A stretch of DNA of 64,000 nucleotides from Tubulanus polymorphus (taxonomy: Eukaryota; Animalia; Nemertea). Shown here in pieces: positions 24,301 to 38,500 of this stretch (within the stretch, counting starts at the first letter, position 1; every line of letters begins with the position of its first letter). The translations under genes were made by a program, and so were the position numbers. The stretch spans positions 13,424,451 through 13,488,450 of the forward strand of contig NC_134035.1 in NCBI RefSeq assembly GCF_964204645.1. Reading direction: 5' to 3'. Below the pieces are notes generated by a model. It saw only the letters and a list, made by a program, of their open reading frames with translations. It ran no database searches and was not told the origin of the DNA.

Positions 24301-26240
24301 GACCAATTCGACTTCCCGCGGCGGTCCCGGTGCAAACGACTCAGCTCAAGAGTCCATTTCGAGATTTTGATATGATATTTCATTTTAACGATGTCAGTCA
24401 AAAATTCCCACACACACCACCGGCAGTCGTGTCGTCTGATGACAGATGGAACCATCAAAATGTCGTATCATTAATAGGTCAAATGCCAAACTTGAACCTT
24501 GCGATCGTGGGAACCACTTCCAGTTGACAATAGCCGGTCTTACAATAACCACACAAATCAATAGACTTCACTCTAAAAACCGGGCGCGTTTTACCTGTGA
24601 GCGATTCAACTTAGAAAACGTTTTGTTTTTCGGTCGGCGACCGAGTCAATAAACAATATATCATATTGTCAAAAATCACGATAGACACTGAGATCAGACC
24701 GCGGCTCTAGAGAGCCTAAGATCGTTATATCATCGCGGCACAGATGGTCAGAGAACTCTGAACCGATCGCAAAGTAGTACAGTGGGAACCCGTTCGGGCC
24801 ATGGTTCCCACGGGAGGACCTACGCCCTCGCATTCAAAACCCGAGAGGATGACACGTGACTTTTCATTTTTTATCTATAGTCAACGGCGTGTCTATAGCA
24901 TCGTGACGTCACACTGACTTCCTGTTTCTCCTATCTGTCTTTAAAGCAAATACACGGGGCCTTGTTGTACAGTCAATAGTTAATACCAGTCTAAACTCAT
25001 TTTGGTTCTATAGAAAATCTAACAACTGAAGACCAGTCTAAGCTCGTTTTGGTTCCGTAGACAATCTAACAACTAAAGACCAGTCTATGGTCATTTTGGT
25101 TCTATAGCCAATCTAACAACTGAAGACCAGTCTAAGCTCATTTTGGTTCTATAGCCAATCTAACAAATTAAGACCAGTCTAAGCTCATTTTAGTTCTATA
25201 ACCAATCTAACAACTGAAGACCAGTCTAAGCTCATTTTAGTTCTATAACCAATCTAACAACTTAAGACCAGTCTAAACTCATTTTGGTTCTATAACCAAT
25301 CTAACAACTTAAGACCAGTCTAAACTCATTTTGGTTCTATAGACAATCTAACAACTTAAGACCAGTCTAAACTCATTTTGGTTCTATAACCAATCTAACA
25401 ACTTAAGACCAGTCTAAACTCATTTTGGTTCTATAGACAATCTAACAACTTAAGACCAGTCTAAACTCATTTTGGTTCTATAACCAATCTAACAACTTAA
25501 GACCAGTCTAAACTCATTTTGGTTCTATAACCAATCTAACAACTTAAGACCAGTCTAAACTCATTTTGGTTCTATAGACAATCTAACAACTTAAGACCCG
25601 TCTAAGCTCATTTTGGTTCTATAACCAATCTAACAACTTAAGACCAGTCTAAACTCATTTTGGTTCTATAACCAATCTAGCAACTTAAGACCAGTCTAAA
25701 CTCATTTTGGTTCTATAGACAATCTAACAACTTAAGACCAGTCTAAGCTCATTTTGGTTCTATAACCAATCTAACAACTGAAGACCAGTCTAAGCTCATT
25801 TTGGTTCTATAACCAATCTAACAACTGAAGACCAGTCTAAGCTCATTTTGGTTCTATAGACAATCTAACAACTTAAGACCAGTCTAAGCTCATTTCGGTT
25901 CTATAACCAATATAACAACTTGAAAGTCCATCTTAAATAAGATGAAGTATAATCTACAATTGGATTTAATTCCCGGCTGTGCGAGACGCCTTATTTCTAA
26001 GAAAAAATGAATTACATGCACGTGAAATGTGTTAGGTACATTATCTTTAATGTAGTTTTTGATTATGTACTTACAGGTTCTCCTAGTCAAACAGAAATAA
26101 ACCAACGTATGTTACACGAGGTGGTGATGAGGAATCTGGCTCCGTTAAACAGTTTAAAACAGAACCCGGTGTGCGAGAAATCGAGAAAACTACCCAGCTA
26201 TCTAACCAATCAAAAACTATCACGCGCCGATCACACATAG
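21311..26240 (+). CDS. ID/extramacrochaetae-related (group D-like) helix-loop-helix protein, 3 coding exons, 161 aa
   Basis: Exons 21311-21490, 23957-24098, 26077-26240 (phases 0, 1). Spliced HLH: KREYSKLRAMVPAVAKQEKVSK|ITVIEEAIKYIDELHNAL. Confidence 0.88.
24781..24812. promoter_or_regulatory. Su(H)/CSL sequence-paired site (SPS)
   Basis: AGTGGGAA-N16-TTCCCACG, head-to-head, in intron 2 of the HLH gene. Confidence 0.6.
24985..25915. repeat. 47-bp minisatellite, ~20 copies, derived from the interior of MITE family A
   Basis: Unit AAGACCAGTCTAAACTCATTTTGGTTCTATAACCAATCTAACAACTT. Confidence 0.95.
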
Positions 26241-28208
26241 AGGATTGTATGCTGATCACTATCATATGTACGACTCGATGCAGGACCGATCAGTGTGCCG
26301 ATCATGGACTCGTAAACCCCTTGTTTTAGAGTCCATGATATTATATCGAGTAAGATTCGACTCCTAGAGTTAAAACATCTGGAATTGAACTGGTTTAAAC
26401 TCAAATCGAACTCAACTGATAACTGTGGAACTAGATCCTGGGTTGTACCTTATCCAGATTCTACAAAAAAAACTAGTCATTAATTGTTTATATATTGTGT
26501 ATAATGTCTACTAGACTGGTTACCGGTCTCTATCTTCAATAAGAATGGGGCAGGCAACCAGTCTATAATGTTTACGCGACCAAAACGAACAAAAAATCTA
26601 ATTGCGTTGATTCGTGCCCGCACTCTTGTTGTTGGGTTCGAATCCTGCTTTTTTTTTCTTAACGGCGCGACAGGCGAACAAACCAACGATTATTTTGTAA
26701 ATAATTATCTACAGAGAAAGATATGAATCCTCTATTAAACGGGATTTCATTATTAAAATGTAAATATTTATAACGGATGAATTTTGTGTACAGAAAATTT
26801 TGTAACTTTGTAATTTTTGATAATAGAAATTTTAAGATAATTCTTCGATATGAAAAAAATCAATTTTTTTGTGAGTTGTTTTTATCTGAGTTTATTGGAA
26901 TGGGAGCTTATTGATTCAAACATAGGAAGGCAGAGTGAACTGCAGATCTGAGCCGTGTCTGAGTAACTGGCCCTACAGGGACAAGTTCGTTCCATAGTCG
27001 TGGCTCAGATTTGATACCAGTCTAAGACCATCCTAGTTCTATAGTCAACAATCTAACAACTTAAGACCATTATTTAGAGTCTCAAGTCTCGACTATGACA
27101 CCCATCCCTGGGGCCAGTTGCACAGTCGTGATTTAAGTCCAAGAGTGGTCTTAAATCTTGAGGCTGGTCTTATGTTGTTAGATTGGCTATAGAACTTAAT
27201 TGGTCTTAGACTGGTCTTGAGTTTAAGCCATTACTATGAAACCGGCCCCAGAATTTCTTATTACAGAAATCAAGAGGAAAGGATGACATTGAATAAACCG
27301 TTGGCCCAAGGAAACATTTCAGACTCTTTTCACTCCCTTAATGTGCAGAAATACCTGTCAAACAAGTTATTATGGTGACGAGTAGGACGAGGAAAAATGC
27401 GCCAGATTTTTAACGAGGGCGATGAATTCATCACAATTTCGTGGGAATAAAACACAAACCAAACAGATGTGAAATCAACAACGTCAATAGACGCGAAACC
27501 TTTTATAGCCTAAAAAAATAGTCGCATTTCTTTTGACCAGTGTTCGAGATTTATCGCGGACAATGGGTCGGTCAGTCGCGGTGTGGTCAGTCAGTAATAG
27601 ACGCAGGTTGACACTGGTCAGTCGACGATGAGGTTTCTTTTATTAACAGTTCGTTTTCTACGATACGCTAACAGATGTGTTTTTGATAAAAATTGAACGA
27701 CTCCGCGACGCGGCCGGAGTAAAAATGAGTGTCAATATTTGAACCGACACAAACATGTGGCGCGTTACTCTCTCCCTGTCGAACACAAAAGTACTCGGCG
27801 TGTTTATATTTGACAGTCTCACGGTAAAATTGGGTACACTCCTTGATGTTTTCTAAGTGGGCGCATTTTTTTTCGGCGCAACTATTTTTCAGACACAAAT
27901 GTTGTCGAGTTAGCTCGAAGATGACATAACGATCACACACCCACACACCCACACACCCACCATTATATAACCGACATTTTTCTGAAGATCAAGACACATA
28001 GAAATGGTTCGCTGATTCTATTTGAAATTACGAGTTTTCGCTGCTATGGTGGAGCTTAAGAGATAAAATAAACCTTTTTTATCAATAATAAACCATTTTT
28101 TCCGAATTTATATTGTTTTCTTTTAACCAATAATTTCCTAATTTTGTAACAATAACCTATTTCTTTTGGTTCCACGGTGGCTTAGAGTTGACTCAGGGCT
28201 AAAATCAG

Positions 28209-28374
28209 GATCCAGTTCCACAGTTCTGAGTTGAGATTAGACTCAGAGGTATCTCATTGAAAATGAACTAGCTTGAACTCAGACTTAACTCACAACTGTG
28301 GAACTGGTTCCTGGTCAATTTCAATGTTTTAACTCTAGAACCAAATTTAACTCAGAACTGTGGAACTGGATCCT
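28209..28374. mobile_element. MITE family C (GGATCCAGTTCCACAGTT termini), compound copy
   Basis: GGATCCAGTTCCACAGTTCTGAGTT...AACTCACAACTGTGGAACTGGTTCC plus a second right end at ~28349-28374. Confidence 0.7.
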
Positions 28375-31300
28375 CGACTTTTTTCCCGAAAAGCTTTGAC
28401 ATCTCAAAAACAGGCAAAACTCTTCAATTAAATGATAAACTGATACAGGTTTGTGGTAGAATCTGTAGCTATACCCGGCGGGACTACGCCCAGGTGTCAT
28501 CTGTATAGAAATCGAAAATCAATTCACGAAGCGACGAATACACTGGTGATCACGTGACCGCGACAATGGCCGTCCGGTCGGCGACACGTGCGCGGCATTA
28601 TGGGTATTTAATGAGTATGCGGGAACAAATTAACACAAGATGCATGCGCTAAGTTTTGAATAATACATGGGAGGAATACTGATACTGATAATAAACCATC
28701 ATCTCATTCCAGTCCAGCCTCTCACTTGAAAACATAGCAAGTTTTATCGGTCCCAGGACCCGTTTCAAACGGTGTGTGGACCTTAACATTAGCATTCAGT
28801 CACTCTTTCCAGACCCGCACCGAGGGGGCGTACAAAAAATCGGGTCAACAATTTTAGAAATTTGAAGACCTGACGATTGTCAATTTTCATATCTTTTTCG
28901 GAAATGATCCATTCTCAAATGTTTATATTTGTTTCTTTTTTTGTTCAAGTTAAGGTTATCGAAAAAATCTAAGATCTGTCCTTTTTCAGGAAAGTGTCCC
29001 TTGTCACTTGTGAAAAAGTATCCTCTTAGAATAGAACTACAACGCAAAAAGCCGGGTACTGGCCTGACTCGTTTTAGAGGCCATGATCTATCTAATGTAA
29101 TTTTAAAGCCCTTTTTGTAAAACGGGTCCCAGCAGATCATTGGTCACTTCGGTCACATGTGCTACCTGCAGGGTCTCTGAAACTCAGGGGGGATCATTTA
29201 CAAACTGAGACTATATCAGTCATCCGGACATATTGAGCTAACTGGAGAAAAGATATCTTTGTGTCCCGATAATCTACTGATTAGGGAGAGAAGGGGGAGG
29301 GGGGAGGGGAGGGGGAACTACGCGGGTCTTCATTAACTGTAATTACACCGATCGTATCCATAGTTTCTTAACAATAATCGCCTTAACGACGACGTGACAA
29401 TCGTGAGAAACATGTGACTGCGTCAACGTTGCTACCCCAGCTGCAGAACACTGCAGACAACACAAACCTTACAAGTTACACCCGGTTTAGTTTTATATTT
29501 CATCAGCTCCGTCGCGCAGCGCGTTCAACAATTAACGCTAAACTACAATACGTCACATCCGCCGACGATGAGACAAAAAACTAATATGCAAATTTATGCA
29601 AATGAAGCTTGTTATTTTGCGCGTCGCGTATTAATTTATAACGAAGCGGCGTACGAACACGGTCATGAATGAATGATGCGTCCACGTGTGAGACAGCGGC
29701 TCCGGAGAGCAGGCGATAGTTTGTGGTAAAAATCGAACATCGGTTCGTTAAACCGTCATCATTTTATAATCACCACCGAGAAAAGAGAGAAACAATAGAA
29801 CGGTCACGTGTCGTAACAATAGCGACCGCGCGTTACCAAGTCAACCACTTTTGTTCGTCTGAAGATGAACATTCTGTATTATTATTATTTTTCTTTCTTA
29901 AGAATCTACTTCTGGGTAATTTTTGAGAAACTTTTTGACGCCATATTTCTGAGACAGAAGCAACACTAAAGCGGCAGTTGTGTATCAATTACGCTTGGAT
30001 CACTGAAGCCTATATAAGGGAGTGAGACAGAGACAGAGACAGAGACAGAGAGAGGAGAGATAATGCTTTATTCTGTTGGCTTCTTCTTATGATCAACCGT
30101 CACAATAAATACCAATTCTCATCTCTACTCAACTATGTGACGTTAACAATGAACAGATTTGCGTGGCAACAATGAAATCCATAGATCACATAACATTGTT
30201 AGCTCAATACACGTGGCTTAAGTTAATCCTATATGAAGCAGGTGTATCCTGATTAATCTACGACTATCTATGGGGTAAATTATACTCTTTGTACATATCA
30301 ACATCAGCAGACACTAGTCGCGGATTTATTTATCTTTCCACTCAGATATCTGGTTGCGCACACGTGAGTTCCCCGGTGTAATTTAATTCCGAAACGCCCA
30401 AGGGCACGTCGTGTCCTCCGGGGGCCCGTACACAATACCTGGAAAAAACAACGTTGAAAACGCGTTTTACACCAGTGACGTATCGTATTACCGTCAGGCA
30501 TCTAGACGCGTAACGTCACGTTATTTTACGTCAAAAAGCCTCAAACAATTGATCACTAACAATTATAGATCAGTGAGTTCACCCGGGTAACAACAGATCA
30601 GCCAGCATCCCCCTGGTTACATCTGTCACGTTATCGCTATGCGGTTTCGGTTTACCCTAGAAATTGGGAGTTTAAGAATTTAACTTGTTGCCCGCCGTCG
30701 CCTTATTTCAAACGCCGCAGGAATTCCCGATTCTACCGGCGAGAGTTTGAAACTGACACGCCCAAAGGGAACGTGTGCAGGACCCGCCGCTGCCGCCGCC
30801 GCCTCGGGCAATCTGTAAAATACTAATCTACAATTCGATTGATATGTATCAAAGTTGGTCCCGTGTGTTCAGATACAGGAATAATAGTAGCGCGTATCTA
30901 GAATGAAAATATAACGTATTTCATTCATCTCCAATTCGATTATATTAGACGTGGGGTATTTAATTTCACTATAGCGTTCGTGATAATCCACTAAAAGTGC
31001 TCTGCTCGCTGCGGGTGTTACCGGGTGTGACCCGGGTTCGGCACCGGCCAACGCGGATCCTTTGCAGATATTCTCAAAATATCAAAATCATGGTGTGTTA
31101 AGGCATGGAATCGAGGCATACATTGGCCAACGAGTCGAATGATACATTTCAGTGTTTCAATGTTCAGCTCCGTTCTAACAAAGTTTGGCATTCCTTCCTC
31201 ATGATTGGCATGCCATCGCCAAAGTGTAAAACAACCCCGGGTGGTCTACTATTTCCCAGAAAAACCATTCAACCTCGTTAATACGATTCTGTTTTAGACG

Positions 31301-31837
31301 AAAACCGTTTATTAGCATGATTTTCAGCATGTCCCTGCTCAGCAAGGATAATTAATCTTGGATCGGAACACTAAACCCGTTGGAAATTAGCCCGTTCCAG
31401 GCTTACAAGAGTGCACTGGAAACTGGAGGTTTCAACCTTTAGCACTTTATTTTGTGAAACTCAGATTCCATTCAGAAACTTCATAATGGTTTTTAATTGC
31501 GCAATCGCTCTCTTTCGTAGAAAAAAAACTACCCGCTTGCGGCACAAGGTAGATTGTAGGTCTTGGTCGGTGCTTGTTGGTTCATAGTAAGACCTTAGTA
31601 AAGGTTGGTTCACATCTGGCACAGATCTGTATGCGCGCGAGATTTCATTGTATTACTGACACCACTTCGTTAAGAATTTCATTATCATATACAGCAGGTC
31701 CGTACTAAACAACAAATTCTGTTCAAATCTAGCATTGGTGAATTTTCATTACACAAATTTTCCACTTTTCAGCGTGACGTCATATGCGACACGTCACCGA
31801 GTTTCATATACAATATTTGTGTGGCGCCATCCATCGT

Positions 31838-31919
31838 GCTGCGATGGCCGAGTGGTTAAGGCGTTGGACTCGAAATCCAATGGGATATTCCCGCGCAGGT
31901 TCGAACCCTGCTCGCAGCG
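31838..31919 (+). tRNA. trnS-CGA: tRNA-Ser (anticodon CGA), 82 nt
   Basis: Complete cloverleaf with acceptor GCTGCGA/TCGCAGC, anticodon arm TTGGA-CTCGAAA-TCCAA, long variable arm, GGTTCGAACCC, discriminator G, and an oligo-T Pol III terminator at ~31924-31931. Confidence 0.97.
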
Positions 31920-33024
31920 TCGATTTTTTTTACATATTTTTAAAATCATTTTGAACCAACATTGTCCGCCTGAAGTCTGCTGAAAAAATTCTAAAGAGGT
32001 ATTAGGTATGGATCGCTTTTAACTCAAATTAATGTCTACTGATACTAATGACTAAGAGAGAGTCGTTTTCAGATCTTCCACACAGTGGAGCCACTATCTA
32101 ATAAGACGCACGATGTGTTATTGTTTACTCAGCTGTATTTTATTGCACTATTTTACACATTGATTAAGTACAGAATACACCATAAATCCTCTGAGAGAAA
32201 AACCGTTAATAAATACTGACTGACATCAATACATGGGGGATCCGTGAAAGTATAGAATTATCGAAAAATCCCACGATCATGACAATCATGATTATAAATC
32301 CATTAGAACTTTGCTTTAGAACATTATTTGTTTGACTGTAGGCCTACTTCAATTTCTAATTTAAAAGAAAATCAAAACGTCTGTTTCGTTCTAAGCCGGG
32401 GCTGGGTTTGTAAGGGACGTATCAAAAATAAATACGGAACGATTAGAACACACTCTTCAAGATGGGGTAGGGTTGCCCCTCCCAAAAATTACATCTTATT
32501 CACTGTTATATGATCGCGGAATCTTTATTAACAATATATAGTTAAATATCTCTTCATGTAATACTTTTAGGGAAGACTCACGTATGGTTACTAGGGGTGA
32601 CCATCAACAATGGGGACGAGGAAGGGAGCCCGGCCGCACCAACTGACGTGTGTGGTACCCGTAACTCTACAGAATGGAAGACTTGTGATATCTTTCAGCA
32701 AGAGACAGCAGTTGAAATTGCATCAGTTGTGTATTTTAAATACAATAAATATATATTATCATAAGTGAAAATATTTCAATTTTTAACTTTGAAATGTTTA
32801 CTCTAAAAATCATTTTTACGATTTTAACAATGATCGTAAATTGTTGACCACAACAAGAGTGTGACATTCGTAGTATGCAATTACACCTATCCATCTAATT
32901 CTAATATACCTAAACATTAGAAGAAATGTTTCATAAAATTCTCTCATTTCTAATAAAGAAAGTCATTTTCAATGACATAATTTAACTATAACAATTTTCG
33001 ATTCATCAAGCAGATTTATCTGTA

Positions 33025-33500
33025 TACAGTCAAACCGGCTTAATCCAGATCAGTTTAATCCCGATATTGATCTAATTCGGACATTATCTATGATCCATCC
33101 ATACATGAATGTATTGAAAACGTGACGTTTGATCCTGATTTTTCAAAAACTGCAGGGCCGTACATATCGGGCCCTCTCCCAGATAATTTAGAAAAGTGTC
33201 CTTTCTGCAATTATTATTGTTATACCCATTAGACATTAATGTAGAATCCTTAACCGAGGACTAAAAAGCAATTTGTTATAGGCCTAACAGATCAAATCCG
33301 TATTTCTGGTTATAGAAACAAATTGCTTTTTTAGCAAATCGGGAAGTGACAGCTCAGGGGCCTAGAAGAATCGTTGTATCAACATTTGACTCGAGGTAAC
33401 TGCCCCATTTCGGGTTTCTCTACCCTCCCCTTAGTAGGTACGGCCCTGGACGTAAGTTTCATTGGTCCCAAAACAATCCGAATGAAGCTGGTTGACAACA
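33025..33500. mobile_element. Tigger-like MITE interrupted by a CAGGGCCGTAC-TIR element (33153-33449)
   Basis: Outer TACAGTCAAACCGGCTTAATCC...CCGAATGAAGCTGGTTGAC; inner CAGGGCCGTAC...GTACGGCCCTG. Confidence 0.5.
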
Positions 33501-35582
33501 ACAGTCTGTACCCATAGACATTTATAGATCAATAACATACAAAAATATATATTCATATTTATACTAATAATAATAATACTTACGTAGCCCGAAACCTTTG
33601 ATTATGACTAAAAGATTTAAATAGCTCGATGAATAATTATACAGATAAATATATCATTCAACAGTTATTATCATTACTACCCCAGTATCTGAACTCTGAT
33701 CGGTTCGATCTGATTTTCGATGGAATTCTATGGAATGAAGTGATCGCATTTTCGGAAGCCCGAAAAACGACTTGCATATTCATTATACAATAAATTTACA
33801 ATTAACAACAAAAACAAAATAGTGGAAATGTTCAACAAAAAAAAATACTCCAGCTTAATTAACAACACTGGAACCCAGTTCCATAATTCTGCTTGAATTT
33901 AACTCTAGTGTTGACTAGAAAACTTTAAGAATTGGTACTTATTCGAAATCACCCAGCCAAAGCAAACACAGAACTTTGAAACTATACTTAATACGACCTG
34001 GTATTCCACCTTTATTGGGTTGGTTAATATTCGATTCGGGGCTGAAAACATTGGAAATGATGAAAAAGTCGGTTATAACGCCGCCATTCTTTCTAATGCC
34101 ACTGTTCACATTTTCCAGAGAATAAATTTGCTCAATTTTATTCAAATTCTAAGAAAATACCATTCTTTATACAACACTGCCTAGTTCGTAATAAAACCAT
34201 CTATTTCAGTGGTCCCAGCAGTGGCGTTATAACAGAAGACGTTTACTGTAATTCTAACACAGAACTGCGGAACTGGGTTCGGAACAATTGGGGGGTTTAC
34301 AATTTAAAAATCTATTAGTGATACTCTGTTAAACAGACACTCTAGTAGTAGCAGTACTAGTTGCTCTAGTAAATGACTCTGGTAAATGACTCTCCTCCAA
34401 CAAATGACTCCAATGAATGACTCCTCCCATGGTGTGTTTAAAGACGTCTGTGATGAGCGAGAATTGAATTACAATTTGGACAGGTGTGGGTAGAATCGGA
34501 AAGACTGGTCACACAGAACGGTATCAAACAACATCCGAACCAACATCTACAAAATATACAGATATCAAGTCAATAAAACAATGGACAATAGAGAAGTACA
34601 CAAGTCATCATAGTTAGGACACCATCATCATGATGATAACTTACCCAAGCGATGACTTAGTAAATTGAATTGCAAATATAAATTGGGAACTCAAGAATAT
34701 GTGACGACTTGTTCAGATGATGACGAATCCTCACAAACTCCTGCAGTCCATTCTAATGGCATTTACTTAGGCCTACTAGTACTCACACGATTGAAAACAT
34801 TTTCAAAAAATGACAAAAAACCTCAATTCTAAAAATTCCCAGAGTTTAAGGGGGAAGAAAACATGCATTGTCGGAAAAAAGAGAAACTAAAACCAGAAAA
34901 CGGAGAAGAATAAAGACTAAAAACAGAAAACATGCTAAAAACCACAAACTACACGAACAACTTAGATAGTTCTCGGTTTCATTTAACTCCAAACTGTTAC
35001 AATATCGATGATAATTTAAACTAATTCTAACTATAGGGTGAAATGAGAACACCAATAACTATCATTTATGACCATATTTTAGAAAACCAGAACGGCATCT
35101 AAATCTAAAACTGAGAAATTGAAGGGAAATGAAAAAAAATGCAGAAGATTTCCACTTAGTAACACAGGTAACAATCTGCTGTCTGGAACTCCCCCAGCAC
35201 CTAGTGACACATCAACATTCTTCCAATTTTTAGATCATCCACACTTCACGTGTGTTCAGTGCTTCATCTGAGACATTTTCAATTGAGAATGAACTACAAA
35301 CACCAGATATTAGACAGTTTATCAGCACACTTTCAAAAACTGATCGTCCACACTTTACATGTGTTCAGTGCTTCACCTGAGACATTTAGACATTTTCAAT
35401 TTAAATTCAATTCAATTCTAAAACTGACTGTCTGCACTTGACACTACAATGGTGAACGCATGAGGGCTGCAGGTTCCAGGCTGCAGATTGATACGTGTAT
35501 GAATTATACCAATTCCAGGAGATGAAAAAAAAAATATGCAAAATTTTGAAAATTGCCAAACGTACGAAAGGTTAGGGGTTAA

Positions 35583-38500
35583 TTATATTCTTCTAACTAC
35601 TGCAAGACAATTTCCGCATTTGGGACACGTATGTTCAACGTCTAAAGCACTGTCAACACAGCATGGAATACAAACGCATGGCCAACAGCTGCGAAAATAA
35701 GAATCCACAAAAATAAAAACAATTATTCATTAATTCATTCTTTTCATAATACACAGAACTAGATATACACGAAAATTAACAACTGACTAGCGATTCCATT
35801 TTCGTGTTCATAAAATCAACCAAAATTAGAATCGGTAGAAATAAAAATCGATGAAATTTAATGTTTATTCAAATATTCAAATTGTAAAAAATTGTTAACG
35901 CGAACACGCGGTATGAAAATCTATTAACTGGCACCTAGGAACAATTACTGCTTGAATAATCAATATTCACAATTATACATAATCACAGTAATAACACTAA
36001 CAGTTACACGATGTGAGTCTTAATGAGTTAAAATTTGCGTTAGTTTTCAATCATTTCTGAACTCCTTAAAGAGTTTTTAGTACTAACTCGCAACTGTGAA
36101 GCAGGTCCAGTTGATTATTTACAATCATTCATATCAAATCTTTGAAAAAATTTTGTTAAGTAACAAACAGAGATGATACTGGAAGGAAGGAGAAACTGAA
36201 GCAAGGGTGGGTGGGATACTGAAGGGAGATATTGAGAAGGGGGAGGGAGATACTTAAGGGAGTGGGACACTGAAAGAAGGGGAGTAGGATACTGAAGGAG
36301 GTGAAGTGGATACTAAAGGGGGTTTGGTGGGGAGGGGTGAAGAGTTAGGGGTATTGTTCAATTCAGTTAGTACGATCTGGCAATGATAGGGTTAAAACGT
36401 ACTCAACAATGGAAACCATTTTAATCTGATTCAACTGAATTAATTTCTGGAAGCTGAACATTAGAAATTCAATTACAAAACGGAATCAAAAATGTCGGTC
36501 GGCTTCCTCACAGTAGACATAGTGTCACCATGTATCATTGGTTTATACAAGTTTATCTATTAGATAGGAGGTTCCCATGTAAGGGTATCCCTTACCCTAT
36601 TACAGTAACTGGTGTTTTTTATAGAAGGTTCTGTTCCGCTGTTTTTGTCACAGATGTTTTTAATGGACACGGAAAAATAAAACCAACGTAAAATCAATTT
36701 ATATTTCATTATTTATAATATTACACGTATCAATATCGTGACTGCAGTTGGTTTGTTGGTTTGTAGTTTTACAAACCGACCGACCGACCGACTGACTGGC
36801 TGACTAATAGAATGGGGCGAAATTGATTTAAAAGTAAATTTCATATTAAATGAACAAGAGAACATTGAAACAGCTGTAAGAATGAGAGAGTGAGGGAGTG
36901 AGTTAACCAGCTGTTTGAGGTGCTACGAGTATATCATACTCAATTCATAGATAATTATTATTACATGAATTTAATTTCGAGGTTCTCAGCTACTGAACAC
37001 GACGTATTATTATAGGGAGGTCTCCATCACTGCTGATGATGGTTTCTGGAGAGAGTCTTGTTTTCATTGTGTCTTAATTTTTGATATAATCAATTTCATT
37101 TTTAAACTTTTAGATTTGTAAATAATCGGTTTTAATTTCTTTACGTATTGTCCACGTCTGAACCAGAACATATCAGTCATCCGCTAGAAATTGTCCAAAC
37201 CTTTGATGGAAACACTTGAATCATTTTCTAGTTTATTCCATGTCGTATTGAACATGGTACGAATTCTATTTTGTCGCGTGACACGGCATCAAAATAGCGA
37301 CGGAACTGATGTTGATATTTCATCGAGATGAAAATCGGCAAAACTTAAGTTTTTTTCCAATATAGTGATGAAATTCACCTACGGATCTAATCGCTATTTG
37401 CTGGACTGGAAAATCTACTTTTTCTATTGCAACAAACTGTGTGGAGGGGGTGATGTTAAAACTCACCCGAACAAACAGAGCAATCCTGATAGAATCCACG
37501 TAAGCGCACCCGGAGTATACGTCACTGTGGTTGTTACTGTTGCTAAGCAATTCGGACACTTGATCGTTGTTGGGTGTGGTCCGAACGGTACGTGATGGAT
37601 CACTACTGGTTGACCTAGATATAGGAAAAAAAATAGTTTGTAAATATTGAAAAGAATTATGATGATTTTAGAAACATTGAGGAATCTGATAATTGTGGAA
37701 CTGAATCCAAAACTGTGGCATTCGGTCAGGTAACTGTGGAACTGGATACAGAACTGTGGAATTGGATCCTGAACTGTGGAATTGGGTCCAGAACTGGAAC
37801 TGGGTTCAGTACTGTGGAACTGAGTTCAGTACTGTGGAACTGGATCCTGTACTGTGGAACTGGGTCGAGAACTGTGGAACTGAGTCCAGTAACTGTGGAA
37901 CTGGTTCTAGTTACTGTGAAACTGGGCTCATGAAGAAGAGCAGAAATATGAATAAGAGTCAATAGTTAGATAAATATAGTGATGTATCAAATACAAACCT
38001 GCAGGAACTGAACCCTGATAAGAGTAAGATGGCGGAGGTCCGAATCCGGTTTTTTCGGTGTCTTGCGCTTGATAAACTGGTGGTGGTTCATCAGGGTAAG
38101 GGGGTCCTTCACCTCCAACTGCATAATAACAATCATTACAAATATTACAATATTTAGCCAGTTACAGCTGCCCTTGAAAAGGTCGTTGAATTCTAAACTT
38201 GTGTTTGTAATAATAGATTGATTAAAAAGATGAAGAAAAATAATTCTGTGGAACTGAGTTCAAGGGTAATTTGCGTAGTCATCACTTAGATTTAAGACCG
38301 GTCAATTTATCTTTAGTTCTTTAGTCAATCCCCATCTACTACAACTTAAGATCAGTATTTTAAGATTTCAGATTATTTTTAGACTTAAGTCAAGACTGTC
38401 GAACAACTTTCAAACCAACTCACGAGAAACCCCGTGATAAGTAGGTAATAACGAGGGCCGCCGGGCCCAGAATAATCCATACTCAATCTATATTCAAATT

